From Vulcanisaeta sp. UBA163 (GTDB lineage: Archaea > Thermoproteota > Thermoprotei > Thermoproteales > Thermocladiaceae), in assembly GCA_002496475.1 (NCBI GenBank), contig DAJV01000078.1, forward strand, positions 2,869-38,477: a DNA stretch of 35,609 nucleotides, written 5' to 3'. This document shows, piece by piece, positions 8,065 to 17,532 of the stretch (within the stretch, counting starts at the first letter, position 1; every line of letters starts with the position of its first letter). Made by a program: the position numbers and the translations under genes. Under the pieces are notes generated by a model. It saw nothing but the letters and a program-made list of their open reading frames with translations. It did not search any database and was not told the DNA's origin.

Positions 8065-9945
8065 TCACTCAAATTTCTGTGGTGGTATCACATCACCATA
8101 CTTACCCCTGGTGTCCAGTAACCTATGTTTCTGTTCCTCAAGCACCTCAAAGAACCTCTTCGGCATTGTTGGTATTTCTGAGTATATCTTCCAAATCCTG
8201 TCTATCTTCTCGAGGAGTTTTGCGGCCCTAATCGCGAATTGCTTCGTATAATCCTCAAGCCTATACTCCCTATTGAGCACCTCCCTGAATAACACTCTCA
8301 AGTCCTCATACCTCGGTATGTAGCCTATGGGCGTGGTTATAGCACTAAGTTCACTATGTATTCTCCTCTCCATCCACTGAAGCCAAACCCTCTTATCCTC
8401 CTTACTATTTAGGAACCTGCCCTGCTCATCCCTAAGGAAGTAATTAACACCAAATATCTTCGGAGTTCTTGTAAGCACCTCACCAAACTTTAGGTAATTC
8501 GATATGTAAACACCAAGATCCACAGATAGAAAGTCCAGGTTAGCCATTGGGTTAAACTCCCTCTCCCCAGGCTTACCAATCACTGCGGCCGTTCTCTCTG
8601 ACTCGAGGGATGCGGCTATTGTGACAACACCATGCTCCCAATTAAAGGATTCAACGACGGGTACGAGGGTGTCTGGGTCCCTGCCGCCGAATATTATGCC
8701 GCCAACAACTACACCGTTAGGATCGTCATAAGCCAGGTCCAGGTTTCTGAATGCCTTTAGTGATACTGTGAATCTGGCATTGGGATGAGATGGCTGTATT
8801 GGATTACCCTTCTCATCAGTTTTCCCCTTCCACCACTTACCCGTGTAATTAATGCCCCTCTCAGGCTCCGGCTTACCCATCCCATTCCAGTAAGCTTCGC
8901 CATTCTCCGTAATCAATATATTGGAAAATATTATTTCATTAGGCTTGGTCAGCACCTCATATATTAATGGATCATCAATGGGATTTATACCCTCAATAAT
9001 CCCGAAAACACCCGCCTCAGGGTTAACCGCCTTAACCTCACCATTCACATTCCTTAGGAATGCTAAGTCATCCCCAAGTAACCTGCCAATCATTGCAGTT
9101 GATGTCTTGCCCGAATATGACGGAAACGCACCAGTGAAATACGTAACCCTACCTCTCGGTCCCTCGACGCCGATTAGGAACATGTGCTCACTGAGCCAGC
9201 CCTCCTCCATGGCCCTCTTAATCGTGAGTCTAAGGGCCAATTTCTTAAGGCCAATGCTGTTACCGCCGTACTGCGTATTTACAGAGTATACGGTCTCGCC
9301 GGGAAGGTCTATGTAGATCCTCCTCTGTTTAATGTTCTTGCTCTGCTTCATCTCGTTTAACTCGCCCTGGGAATGAAGGAACCTGAGGAACCTAGCCCTC
9401 TCACTCTGCCTAACGAACTCGTCATAGGCAACCCTGTAGAGTATGTTCTCATTATGCATTACGTAGTAGGAGTCCGTTATTTGAACAGCCAATATACTAA
9501 ACGGCGAACCCTTAGGCCCTAATGAATAAAAGCCCACTAACATCTCCCTGCCTTTCATAATGCCGTTAAGTAGTGAATATATTTCCTTCAGTCCCTCATC
9601 ACGATCCTTAGTCCTTATGAAGGGTAGTTTCTGACCACCAGGTAGTAATATGGCCGTGTCCTCACGAGCCCTGGCCTGATCATAGGGACTATCGAAATGC
9701 ACAGTATGTCCAGGAACCTTCAACGGCATCTCTTCACCAGTCTCTATTGCCTTCCTCTTAATGTAGTCGAAATCCTCGGAACTACCCGTATTTATGAACA
9801 CAGAATCTGGTTTGCAGAGATCCACCGCCCATGCTATGAACTTATGAAGTTCGGTATTCCTGATGCTCATTAATCTTCGATGCATTTCATCACTCATTTT
9901 ACTTCGAAGAAGCCGATCCACCTCATAGGGTGTACTTGATACCAT
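8065..9945 (-). CDS. pckG: Phosphoenolpyruvate carboxykinase (GTP), archaeal type
   Basis: YGGNSIGLKK, WLSEHM, FPSYSGKTS, GDD, NPEAGVFG, HPNARF, IIFGGR, NPMA, VNYFLR. Confidence 0.95.
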   Translation of the reverse strand: MVSSTPYEVDRLLRSKMSDEMHRRLMSIRNTELHKFIAWAVDLCKPDSVFINTGSSEDFDYIKRKAIETGEEMPLKVPGHTVHFDSPYDQARAREDTAILLPGGQKLPFIRTKDRDEGLKEIYSLLNGIMKGREMLVGFYSLGPKGSPFSILAVQITDSYYVMHNENILYRVAYDEFVRQSERARFLRFLHSQGELNEMKQSKNIKQRRIYIDLPGETVYSVNTQYGGNSIGLKKLALRLTIKRAMEEGWLSEHMFLIGVEGPRGRVTYFTGAFPSYSGKTSTAMIGRLLGDDLAFLRNVNGEVKAVNPEAGVFGIIEGINPIDDPLIYEVLTKPNEIIFSNILITENGEAYWNGMGKPEPERGINYTGKWWKGKTDEKGNPIQPSHPNARFTVSLKAFRNLDLAYDDPNGVVVGGIIFGGRDPDTLVPVVESFNWEHGVVTIAASLESERTAAVIGKPGEREFNPMANLDFLSVDLGVYISNYLKFGEVLTRTPKIFGVNYFLRDEQGRFLNSKEDKRVWLQWMERRIHSELSAITTPIGYIPRYEDLRVLFREVLNREYRLEDYTKQFAIRAAKLLEKIDRIWKIYSEIPTMPKRFFEVLEEQKHRLLDTRGKYGDVIPPQKFE

Positions 9946-10150
9946 TATATCTAGTCATTACTTATGTCCTTAATAATTATTTCTCTATAATTCACAATAC
10001 CATAACTACTAGGTAAACTCATTTAACCCTAGTATTAACATAAATATTAATATGTAACTTAAACTATGACAATGAAGTATACGTATTTCATGCACATACC
10101 CTGCATTCACGTGATAATTATTGCATTATTAGTTATACCAGTAATTCAAT

Positions 10151-10178
10151 TTTACAATAATATATTTACAATAATATA
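10151..10178. repeat. Perfect 14-bp tandem duplication (TTTACAATAATATA x2)
   Basis: Read directly in the AT-rich intergenic region upstream of pckG. Confidence 0.8.
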
Positions 10179-10238
10179 ATAAACCTAGGAAATACCATGC
10201 AGAGAATACCCTGATAAAAGTGACATTTCTCAGCGTAA

Positions 10239-11012
10239 TCATGCCAGTGCATAAATGAGGAGTAGGACAAGGATCGCCAAGGCCAGGGATTCAAATAACA
10301 GGCCAATGCCGATCCTCCTAATCCTACGCCTTAAATCACCCATTGGTAACTTACCCTCCCTAACAGCAATTAATGCCCTGAGTGATGGCTCAATTAATAC
10401 TGCCAAAGACAGTAAGCCACTATTAATTAATAATCCGTAGATCAGGGTAGGCAGGCTTACGAACCAAAGCAGTGATGAGTGGTATGGCTTAACACCCTGC
10501 CTAAATGGTAATTTACCCTCAACATATAGCGCAGAAAATGTGTGATAAATAATCCACACTAACGACGCCATTATAACCCTGCCCATTAATTCACCACCCA
10601 TGAGTACATACCACGCCAGATATGTTGAGGCTATTAAGGCCGTCCCAGACACATTGGCGATTATTGACCTGCCATTACCACGCAATGCCTCAATTATGAA
10701 CAATAATAATAGTACAGCTGGTATCAATAACCAGGTACCCAGGCGAATTAGGAGTGCGGCATATGGAAGAATATTTACTAGGAGTAGTAGGTAATCACGT
10801 AATCTCGCCCTGGATATTAGGCTCAAGTGAACCCTTATGAGACTCATGATATTAAGTGCAGCCAGCCCAGTTACTAGAATGACCCGGATTATGTTGATCC
10901 CAAATCCCTCAATCACCGCCACTGAAATAAGGGACAGAAAGTAATTAGTTATCAACAACGACAATGCGCCAGTATCGACATGCACAACCCTACTCACTAA
11001 CCTACCACTCAT
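10239..11012 (-). CDS. Multi-pass membrane protein (possibly YwiC-like)
   Basis: About 8 hydrophobic helices, YHTFSALYVEGK and C-terminal IRRIGIGL. ATG at 11012 preferred over the TTG at 11066. Family call is tentative. Confidence 0.7.
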   Translation of the reverse strand: MSGRLVSRVVHVDTGALSLLITNYFLSLISVAVIEGFGINIIRVILVTGLAALNIMSLIRVHLSLISRARLRDYLLLLVNILPYAALLIRLGTWLLIPAVLLLLFIIEALRGNGRSIIANVSGTALIASTYLAWYVLMGGELMGRVIMASLVWIIYHTFSALYVEGKLPFRQGVKPYHSSLLWFVSLPTLIYGLLINSGLLSLAVLIEPSLRALIAVREGKLPMGDLRRRIRRIGIGLLFESLALAILVLLLIYALA

Positions 11013-11293
11013 CAAATCAATCAATGTTAACCTGAGATTAAGTGTTTTTATCGTTACAAACCCCAATAAGGCGTATATAACTTGTAATGAACAAAATTAA
11101 TAAAACCCATGCTCACTGAGCCAATTGAGCCCTAGTATCTCATAACCAACAGCACTTAATCCAACCCTTGGCTTTATGATTAGACTTTACTGAAGAAACT
11201 GCTTCAGGGATTATTTACGATTGCGAGGACTACTTGATTCTCTAACCATAGAGGAAACCTTTATTTACTGCGGAATAGAATTCTAGGTTAAAT

Positions 11294-11572
11294 ATGATAA
11301 GGGAGACAATAACCATAAAAAGGACATTATGGCTTGCATTGAAGAAACATCTAATGGACAATTATGGTGATTTAGACTTTAATTGTGAGGTATTACTACT
11401 TGAGGACCCGAAGATACACATTGTTGCTTGCGTGGACGGCGATAACGTAAACCTAACAATAACATACAATCCACTGGAAATAGCACTTGATATTAAAAAA
11501 TCGCATGAGAGCATCAAGAGAGCACGTGAAATCACGGACCTAGGCAAAAAGATAAATGTGCCCCTTAAGTAA
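11294..11572 (+). CDS. Hypothetical protein with ribbon-helix-like N-terminus
   Basis: 92-aa ORF with an upstream TATA-like TTTATTTA. N-terminus RETITIKRTLWLALKK matches the strand and helix A pattern of ribbon-helix-helix (RHH) proteins. Confidence 0.65.
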   Translation: MIRETITIKRTLWLALKKHLMDNYGDLDFNCEVLLLEDPKIHIVACVDGDNVNLTITYNPLEIALDIKKSHESIKRAREITDLGKKINVPLK

Positions 11573-11582
11573 TCCAATGAAT

Positions 11583-11641
11583 GTGATGAGAATTATGGAT
11601 TCTGATTAATTTAAAGCCATGATGCGCTTCCAGGCTACTGA
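11583..11641 (+). ncRNA. Box C/D methylation-guide sRNA
   Basis: Box C GTGATGA (11583-11589), 12-nt guide GAATTATGGATT, D' CTGA (11602-11605), 13-nt linker, C' ATGATGC (11619-11625), 12-nt guide GCTTCCAGGCTA, D CTGA (11638-11641). Fills the gap between two convergent genes. Confidence 0.82.
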
Positions 11642-11644
11642 ACC

Positions 11645-13267
11645 CTAATCAATTAATCTCAATGATTGTGGGTGAATTGACGAGGTTATTACCGAATCAA
11701 CACTCATTAATTTCCTGAATACCTTGGGTATGTTGTCAATGACGTCAACAGGGGTTATATGATAACCCAATTCCCTAACCGTCAAGTCGCCCGCGAGCCC
11801 AGTTATGAAAACCCCTATTGCCGCCGCCTCAAGGGGGTCTGAGACCTTGACCATTAATGCCGAGACAACTCCAGTAAGTACATCACCAGTACCGCCAACC
11901 GTCATCCCAGGATTACCGGTAAAATTAACCTTGTACCTATGTCCATCAGTTATCACATCAACGTTCCCCTTAAGAAGTACAACACCACCCCTTAGTATTG
12001 ACCTGACCGTGTCACGAACCATGGTAGCCCTCAACCATGGCCTTTCCTCAGTAACATCAACACCCGTTAACCACTTAAATTCGCCTGCATGTGGCGTTAC
12101 AATGACATTCTTAGTGACCAAGTCCTGCCTCTTCAACTCCCCAAGGGCCTTAATAGCATCAGCATCAATAACTACCCTCTTGCCAATACCCACAGCCCTA
12201 GACACCAACTCAACAATTGCCCTCATAGTTTCCTCCCTAAGCCCAAGCCCAGGTCCAATGGCTACTACGTGGGACTTACTCACTTGTTCCATTATCTGGT
12301 CAATGTGGCTAAGCAGCAGGTAATCACCATCGAGTGGTATGGCAATTACGCTCGGGTCATGCGCCCTGATGTCCCTAGCCACGTCCCTCGGTGCCATTAC
12401 TATTGACAAATCGACACCAGTCCTAAGCGCCGCCTTGGCCGCTAGGTAAATAGCGCCCGTGAACTCCCTGGAACCACCAATAAAGAGAACACGCCCATTA
12501 TCACCCTTCTTGGAATCAGCCCTCCTAGCGTAATTTAGGTAATACAGGTCACCGGGACCAACAACATGTTCCACCTCCTCAGGAACGCCTATGTCGGCTA
12601 CCACCAATTCACCAACGTACTGAGAAACACCTTCCCTCACCAGGCCAACCTTTGGCCTATGCATTGTCACAGTAACATGCGCCTTAACCGCAATATCCCT
12701 AACCTCGCCTGTGTCTGGGTCTAACCCACTGGGTATGTCAACAGCCACCTTATATGCTGATGACTTATTGATTAGCTCAATAGCTGTTGCCTGGGGCTCC
12801 CTGAGAATACCCCTAATCCCAGTCCCTATTATAGCATCGATTATTACCTCAGCCCATGGATGAAAAAGTTCCTGGTTTGCCAATAATTCATACTGCGTTG
12901 GCGCCTCAATAATATCAATATTAACCCCCCTGAGAATGCCCAGGTTATCCACGACAAGTTCCTCCCTTGCATCACTAATGCGACCAAGAAGCACAACCTT
13001 AACATCCTTACCCCATGAATGCAGGTACTTGGCCGCAACAAGCCCATCGCCGCCATTATCACCTAGACCAGCAACAACAAGTACTCTCCCTGCGCTTGGA
13101 TATTTCTCAAGAACTACAGTGGCTACAGACCTGCCTGCGTTCTCCATAAGTACATGCCTATCAATACCCATGTAAACTGCGTTCCTATCAATAACCCTCA
13201 TTTCAAGCGTGGTGATGGCATCTGACGACCAATTCCTAAAGTCAATGGACATACCTAGAATTGCCAT
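11645..13267 (-). CDS. nnr: Bifunctional NAD(P)H-hydrate epimerase/dehydratase
   Basis: YjeF_N motifs LMENAG, GDNGGDG, DAIIGTG, AVDIPSG; carbohydrate-kinase domain KGDNGR, IGPGLG, IDADA, TPHAGEF, GGTGDVLTG. Confidence 0.96.
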   Translation of the reverse strand: MAILGMSIDFRNWSSDAITTLEMRVIDRNAVYMGIDRHVLMENAGRSVATVVLEKYPSAGRVLVVAGLGDNGGDGLVAAKYLHSWGKDVKVVLLGRISDAREELVVDNLGILRGVNIDIIEAPTQYELLANQELFHPWAEVIIDAIIGTGIRGILREPQATAIELINKSSAYKVAVDIPSGLDPDTGEVRDIAVKAHVTVTMHRPKVGLVREGVSQYVGELVVADIGVPEEVEHVVGPGDLYYLNYARRADSKKGDNGRVLFIGGSREFTGAIYLAAKAALRTGVDLSIVMAPRDVARDIRAHDPSVIAIPLDGDYLLLSHIDQIMEQVSKSHVVAIGPGLGLREETMRAIVELVSRAVGIGKRVVIDADAIKALGELKRQDLVTKNVIVTPHAGEFKWLTGVDVTEERPWLRATMVRDTVRSILRGGVVLLKGNVDVITDGHRYKVNFTGNPGMTVGGTGDVLTGVVSALMVKVSDPLEAAAIGVFITGLAGDLTVRELGYHITPVDVIDNIPKVFRKLMSVDSVITSSIHPQSLRLID

Positions 13268-13406
13268 ATAACGCCTTTAAAACGCTTTTGTGTGGATTAC
13301 CTGCATTGATGATTGAGGCTTTAAGTACGGTTTATAATGTACATGATGGGGATGCAGGTCAATAATTAAATTTAAGGCAACTAGGCATTAATGTTGGTGT
13401 GAGTGG

Positions 13407-14027
13407 ATGATTAGGGCGGCGGTATTAGACGTAGATGGAGTACTCACCTACTTCAGGTCAGCATGGCAGCATCTACATAAGATACTTGGCACTGATAATT
13501 GGGCATTGATTAATAGGGATGCCTACAGGTCAGGGCTTATTAACTACAGGGATTGGGCGCTCACCGACGCGCTTCTCTGGACCGGTGTACCGAGGACCTG
13601 GATCGAGATCCCAGTAACACTTAGGAAGGGTGCATACGATCTACTGAGATTCCTGAGGGACAATGGAGTTAGGGTCATCACCGTGAGCGGTGGCTTGAAT
13701 TATACAGGTATTCCAATTAGGAATTATGTTGATTACTTCATTAGCAATGAACTAATATTTGATGAGAATAATACCCTGCTTTCTGTTAGGGTTAATGTCG
13801 AGAATAAGGACTTCATTAATGAATTAATTACAGGAATGGGCATTAGTTGGGATGAGGTTATGGCTGTCGGTGACAGTGATATGGACATTCCAATACTCAA
13901 AAGGGCCAGGTACTCAATAGCCTACAATCCTGTTAGTGAGGAGGTCGCTAGCATGGTACGTATTGTAATAAACTCTGACACACTTTACCCGCTTATTGAC
14001 ATTGCAAAGGTAGTGTTAGGAAGGTAG
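13407..14027 (+). CDS. HAD-IB family phosphatase (SerB-like)
   Basis: DVDGVL motif I, VSGG motif II, K, GDSDMD motif IV, IAYNP. Confidence 0.88.
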   Translation: MIRAAVLDVDGVLTYFRSAWQHLHKILGTDNWALINRDAYRSGLINYRDWALTDALLWTGVPRTWIEIPVTLRKGAYDLLRFLRDNGVRVITVSGGLNYTGIPIRNYVDYFISNELIFDENNTLLSVRVNVENKDFINELITGMGISWDEVMAVGDSDMDIPILKRARYSIAYNPVSEEVASMVRIVINSDTLYPLIDIAKVVLGR

Positions 14028-14054
14028 ATGTATACGTAAAGTAAACGTATACAT
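14028..14054. promoter_or_regulatory. Perfect inverted repeat ATGTATACGT-N7-ACGTATACAT upstream of eno
   Basis: 10-bp perfect arms read directly, just upstream of the eno TATA-like element. Regulatory function is inferred. Confidence 0.5.
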
Positions 14055-14096
14055 TATACAATAATGCATTAATACTGGGTTTTCTTATGTTTATTC

Positions 14097-15362
14097 ATGC
14101 CTGATACAACAATAGAGGATTTAAATATTAGGAAGATCTTTAATTCAAGAGGCGAGGAGACTGTTGAGGTTGAGACTTACTTAACGGATGGTTATGGCAA
14201 GGCGGCTGCACCTGCGGGCGCCTCAAGGGGTTCCCATGAAGTTGTTTACTTCCCTAATGATAATGTTGACCTTGCAATAAGTATATTCGAGAAAAACGTT
14301 GCACCTGATTTAATGGGCTTGGATGCCTCAATACAGGGCGAGGTGGATACCAGGCTTGAGGAAATCGATGGCACAGAGAACTTCTCCAGAATCGGTGGTG
14401 CAGTGTCCATAGCTACATCAATGGCCGTGGCCAGGGCTGTTGCGAACGCCCTAGAAATACCGCTGTATCAGCACCTGGGCGGTGCTAACGTTAGGGATTT
14501 ACCATATCCACTGGGTAATGTTATTGGTGGTGGTAAGCACAGCCGTGGTCTTGGCCCTGACATTCAGGAATTCCTGGTTATACCGTACGGAGCCCAGGAC
14601 ATCTATACGGCTATTAAGGCTAATATTGAGGTCCATAGGGCCGTCTTTAGGGAATTGGTTAAGGCCGACCCAGCGTTCACTGGTGGCCGTAATGATGAGG
14701 GTGCATGGTCAGCCAGGATCTCCACAAGTACAGCATTGGATATCCTGAGTAGGGCTGTTAAGGAGGTCAGTGGTAAGTTGGGTTTTGAAATTGGTATTGG
14801 TGTTGATATGGCTGCATCAACATTATGGAATGGTGAGAAGTACGTGTATACCAATGAGGGGGTTTCAAGGGCGTCTAAGGAGCAGATTGAGTTTGTTAAG
14901 GAATTGATTGAGAAGTACGGGCTTGTCTACGTCGAGGATCCATTCCATGAGGAGGACTTCCAATCCTTCGCGGAATTAACGGATTCTGTTAGTGATAAAT
15001 GCCTAGTGGTCGGTGATGACCTATTCACGACTAACCCATCCAGGTTATCAAGGGGTATTAAGGAGGGTGCCGCCAATGCAATAATAATAAAGCCTGATCA
15101 AATAGGCACATTGTCAAGGGCCTGGGAGGCCGTTAGGCTAGCCGTGTCCAATGGCTATGTACCAGTGGTGTCCCACAGATCCGGAGATACTGAGTATGAT
15201 ACACTGGCCCACATTGCCGTTGGATTTGAAGCGCCAATAATTAAGAGCGGCGTCCTTGGCGGTGAGAGGATTACTAAACTCAATGAGCTGATTAGGATTC
15301 AGGACTACATGGGTAAAGCCGCCAGGATGAATCAATTACTTACACAAAGGTTTAAACGTTGA
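14097..15362 (+). CDS. eno: Enolase
   Basis: NSRG, NVIGGGKH, IQEFL, DEG, EDPFHEED, VGDDL, IKPDQIG, SHRSGDT, IKSG. Confidence 0.97.
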   Translation: MPDTTIEDLNIRKIFNSRGEETVEVETYLTDGYGKAAAPAGASRGSHEVVYFPNDNVDLAISIFEKNVAPDLMGLDASIQGEVDTRLEEIDGTENFSRIGGAVSIATSMAVARAVANALEIPLYQHLGGANVRDLPYPLGNVIGGGKHSRGLGPDIQEFLVIPYGAQDIYTAIKANIEVHRAVFRELVKADPAFTGGRNDEGAWSARISTSTALDILSRAVKEVSGKLGFEIGIGVDMAASTLWNGEKYVYTNEGVSRASKEQIEFVKELIEKYGLVYVEDPFHEEDFQSFAELTDSVSDKCLVVGDDLFTTNPSRLSRGIKEGAANAIIIKPDQIGTLSRAWEAVRLAVSNGYVPVVSHRSGDTEYDTLAHIAVGFEAPIIKSGVLGGERITKLNELIRIQDYMGKAARMNQLLTQRFKR

Positions 15363-15430
15363 ACCACAACCTCAACGCCTAGTACCGGTGGTGAAATACT
15401 TATTAATCCAAACTTTCTCCGTAATTCACA

Positions 15431-16108
15431 ATGGGTGAAGAACGTAAGGAAGTACATGATGAAGGATTAGCACCAGTACCTGCGCAAGAGGAGCTGTTAA
15501 TGGCCATTGAGAAATACCTAGCTGCTGGCGTTAGACTTGGCACAAGGGTATCCAACGCATACCTGCAGAGAAGGGGCTTTGTGTTCTCCGTTAGGCCTGA
15601 TGGACTCAGGATCCTTAATCTAAGGAAGATTGATGAGAGGATTAGGATTGCTGCCAAGATGATCACCATGTACAACCCGGAGAGAGTTGTTGCCTACTCA
15701 GCGAAGCCCTACGGTTTTAAGCCAGTGGAGATGTTTTGCAAGTTTGTTAAGTGCAGGGCAATAACTGGCAGGTTCATACCAGGTACGTTTACAAATCCGA
15801 ATCTCAACCACTACATAGAGACCGATCTATTGATATCCACGGATCCAAAGGCCGATACCCAGGCAATAGAGGAGACGGCTAGGATGGGCATACCTGTCAT
15901 TGCGCTTGTTGATACAGACACACCCATATCATACGTAGACTTAATAATACCATGCAATAACAAGGGAAGAAGGAGCCTAGCCCTAATCTTCTGGTTATTG
16001 GCTAGACAGGTACTTAGGATTAGAGGCGAGCTGAAGGAGAATGAAGACCTTCCAGTGCCACCTGAGGAATTCGAGGTCAAGGTATCGATTGAGGGCGTCC
16101 CTCAATAA
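15431..16108 (+). CDS. rps2: 30S ribosomal protein uS2 (archaeal S2P)
   Basis: YLAAGVRLGT, GRFIPGTFTNP, IPVIALVDTD, IPCNNKG. Confidence 0.97.
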   Translation: MGEERKEVHDEGLAPVPAQEELLMAIEKYLAAGVRLGTRVSNAYLQRRGFVFSVRPDGLRILNLRKIDERIRIAAKMITMYNPERVVAYSAKPYGFKPVEMFCKFVKCRAITGRFIPGTFTNPNLNHYIETDLLISTDPKADTQAIEETARMGIPVIALVDTDTPISYVDLIIPCNNKGRRSLALIFWLLARQVLRIRGELKENEDLPVPPEEFEVKVSIEGVPQ

Positions 16109-16246
16109 CTTTTCTCTACAAAATTCTCATCATAATAGGTACTAAGTACCAGCTATACAATGGAGGTAAGAACACAAGGTAACAGTCACCTCATGTAAGT
16201 ATAGCAGTAAGTGTTTTTACTCCCTGGGTTTAGTATTTACCTCTGT

Positions 16247-17107
16247 ATGGCTCGTGTGCGTAAGCCAGCAGTTGCAGGCGCCTTTTATGAGGCGGATAGG
16301 GATAGATTAGTTAAGCAGATAGAATGGGCAATAAACCATCAATTGGGACCTGGCCAATTAACTAAGCAACCCCGCGAGGGGTATAAGGCAGTACCGATTG
16401 TAATTGTGCCACATGCTGGTTATGTTTATTCAGGCCCCATAGCGGCAATGTCCTTCGCCGAGATCTACAGGTTTCATAACCCAAGGACCTTCATACTAAT
16501 AGGTCCTAATCACTATGGGATTGGTGCGCCAGTGGCCATATACCCTGATGGCGCTTGGGAGACTCCGCTTGGTTCTCTCGAGATCGACTCAGAAATTGCC
16601 AAGGACTTAATGAGCAGGGTTAAGTACCTGGAACCTGATGTTTATGCCTTCGCGCAGGAGCACTCGCTTGAGGTTCAATTACCCTTTATCCAATACATGT
16701 TTAGTAATAACGTGAAGATAGTCCCAATAATAATCTGGAGGCAAACTAGGGAAGTTGCCAGGGATCTCGGTAATGCAATAGCCGATATCATATCAAGTCA
16801 TGAACTTGGCTCCATAGTCTATGTAGCCTCAAGCGATTGGAATCATTATGAACCTCATGAAATAACGACAGAAAAGGACATGAGGGCCATTGACCCTGTG
16901 CTTAGGCTTGATGATGACTCTTTCTTCGACACTATAGAGCGTTTTGACGTGTCAGCCTGTGGTTATGGCGCCATAGCCACCGCGATAGTTGCTGCCAAGA
17001 GACTTGATGTTAAGAACGTGGTTTTATTGAGACACGCAACCTCAGGCGACACCAGCGGCTACACCCTTGAAACAGTGGGTTACGCGTCAATAGCATTTTT
17101 CCTCTGA
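16247..17107 (+). CDS. MEMO1 family protein (AmmeMemoRadiSam protein B)
   Basis: RKPAVAGAFY, PHAGYVYSG, GPNH, EHSLEVQLPF, SSDWNHY, SACG, VGYAS. ATG at 16247 preferred. Confidence 0.95.
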   Translation: MARVRKPAVAGAFYEADRDRLVKQIEWAINHQLGPGQLTKQPREGYKAVPIVIVPHAGYVYSGPIAAMSFAEIYRFHNPRTFILIGPNHYGIGAPVAIYPDGAWETPLGSLEIDSEIAKDLMSRVKYLEPDVYAFAQEHSLEVQLPFIQYMFSNNVKIVPIIIWRQTREVARDLGNAIADIISSHELGSIVYVASSDWNHYEPHEITTEKDMRAIDPVLRLDDDSFFDTIERFDVSACGYGAIATAIVAAKRLDVKNVVLLRHATSGDTSGYTLETVGYASIAFFL

Positions 17108-17172
17108 CCCGTTATTAATTAATCAAAATACTTAATTCCTTTATTTCCCTAGGTTTTATCTTAGTGATTTGT

Positions 17173-17433
17173 ATGAGCGCCCTAAGGATATTCTTCGAGG
17201 TATTACTGATAATAGTAGCCCTTGCCCTAATCTATACAATAGTCGAGCCATTTAAGGCGGAGTTGAAGGCCTATATATTTAATATTGGTAATAGGCAAAT
17301 AGGCGAGTTGCTGTATATTATAGGCTATATAATTTATAAACTGGGTTATTTATCATACACGCTACTAAAAACCATAGCTTTATACTCTTACCAAGCAATA
17401 CAGTATTTTTTAAGTAATTCAGGGCTAAAGTAA
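17173..17433 (+). CDS. Small membrane protein, hypothetical
   Basis: Short ORF with a hydrophobic N-terminal helix and a Tyr/Ile-rich amphipathic C-terminus. Confidence 0.6.
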   Translation: MSALRIFFEVLLIIVALALIYTIVEPFKAELKAYIFNIGNRQIGELLYIIGYIIYKLGYLSYTLLKTIALYSYQAIQYFLSNSGLK

Positions 17434-17473
17434 ATTATAGTATTACTTAGGTGAGGTGCGTATGTCAATCACT

Positions 17474-17516
17474 TCCTCTTTCTATGAAAAAGAGAAAGAT
17501 TTAAATAGAAAGAGGA
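17474..17516. promoter_or_regulatory. 12-bp perfect inverted repeat bracketing the BRE/TATA of the 17533 gene
   Basis: TCCTCTTTCTAT (17474-17485) and ATAGAAAGAGGA (17505-17516); TTTAAATA at 17500-17507 overlaps the right arm. Confidence 0.55.
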
Positions 17517-17532
17517 TAAAATAAAGAACTTA

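Noticed and set aside
11100-11250. Short minus-strand frame (IIKPRVGLSAVGYEIL, faintly RuBisCO-like) and a CTGAAG/CTTCAG hairpin
   Set aside because: Too short, preceded by an in-frame stop with no start, and the similarity could be chance.
13299-13359. ACCTGCAT/ATGCAGGT inverted repeat with TGATGA inside, as a possible third C/D sRNA
   Set aside because: No D or D' (CTGA) boxes; more simply part of a divergent promoter region.
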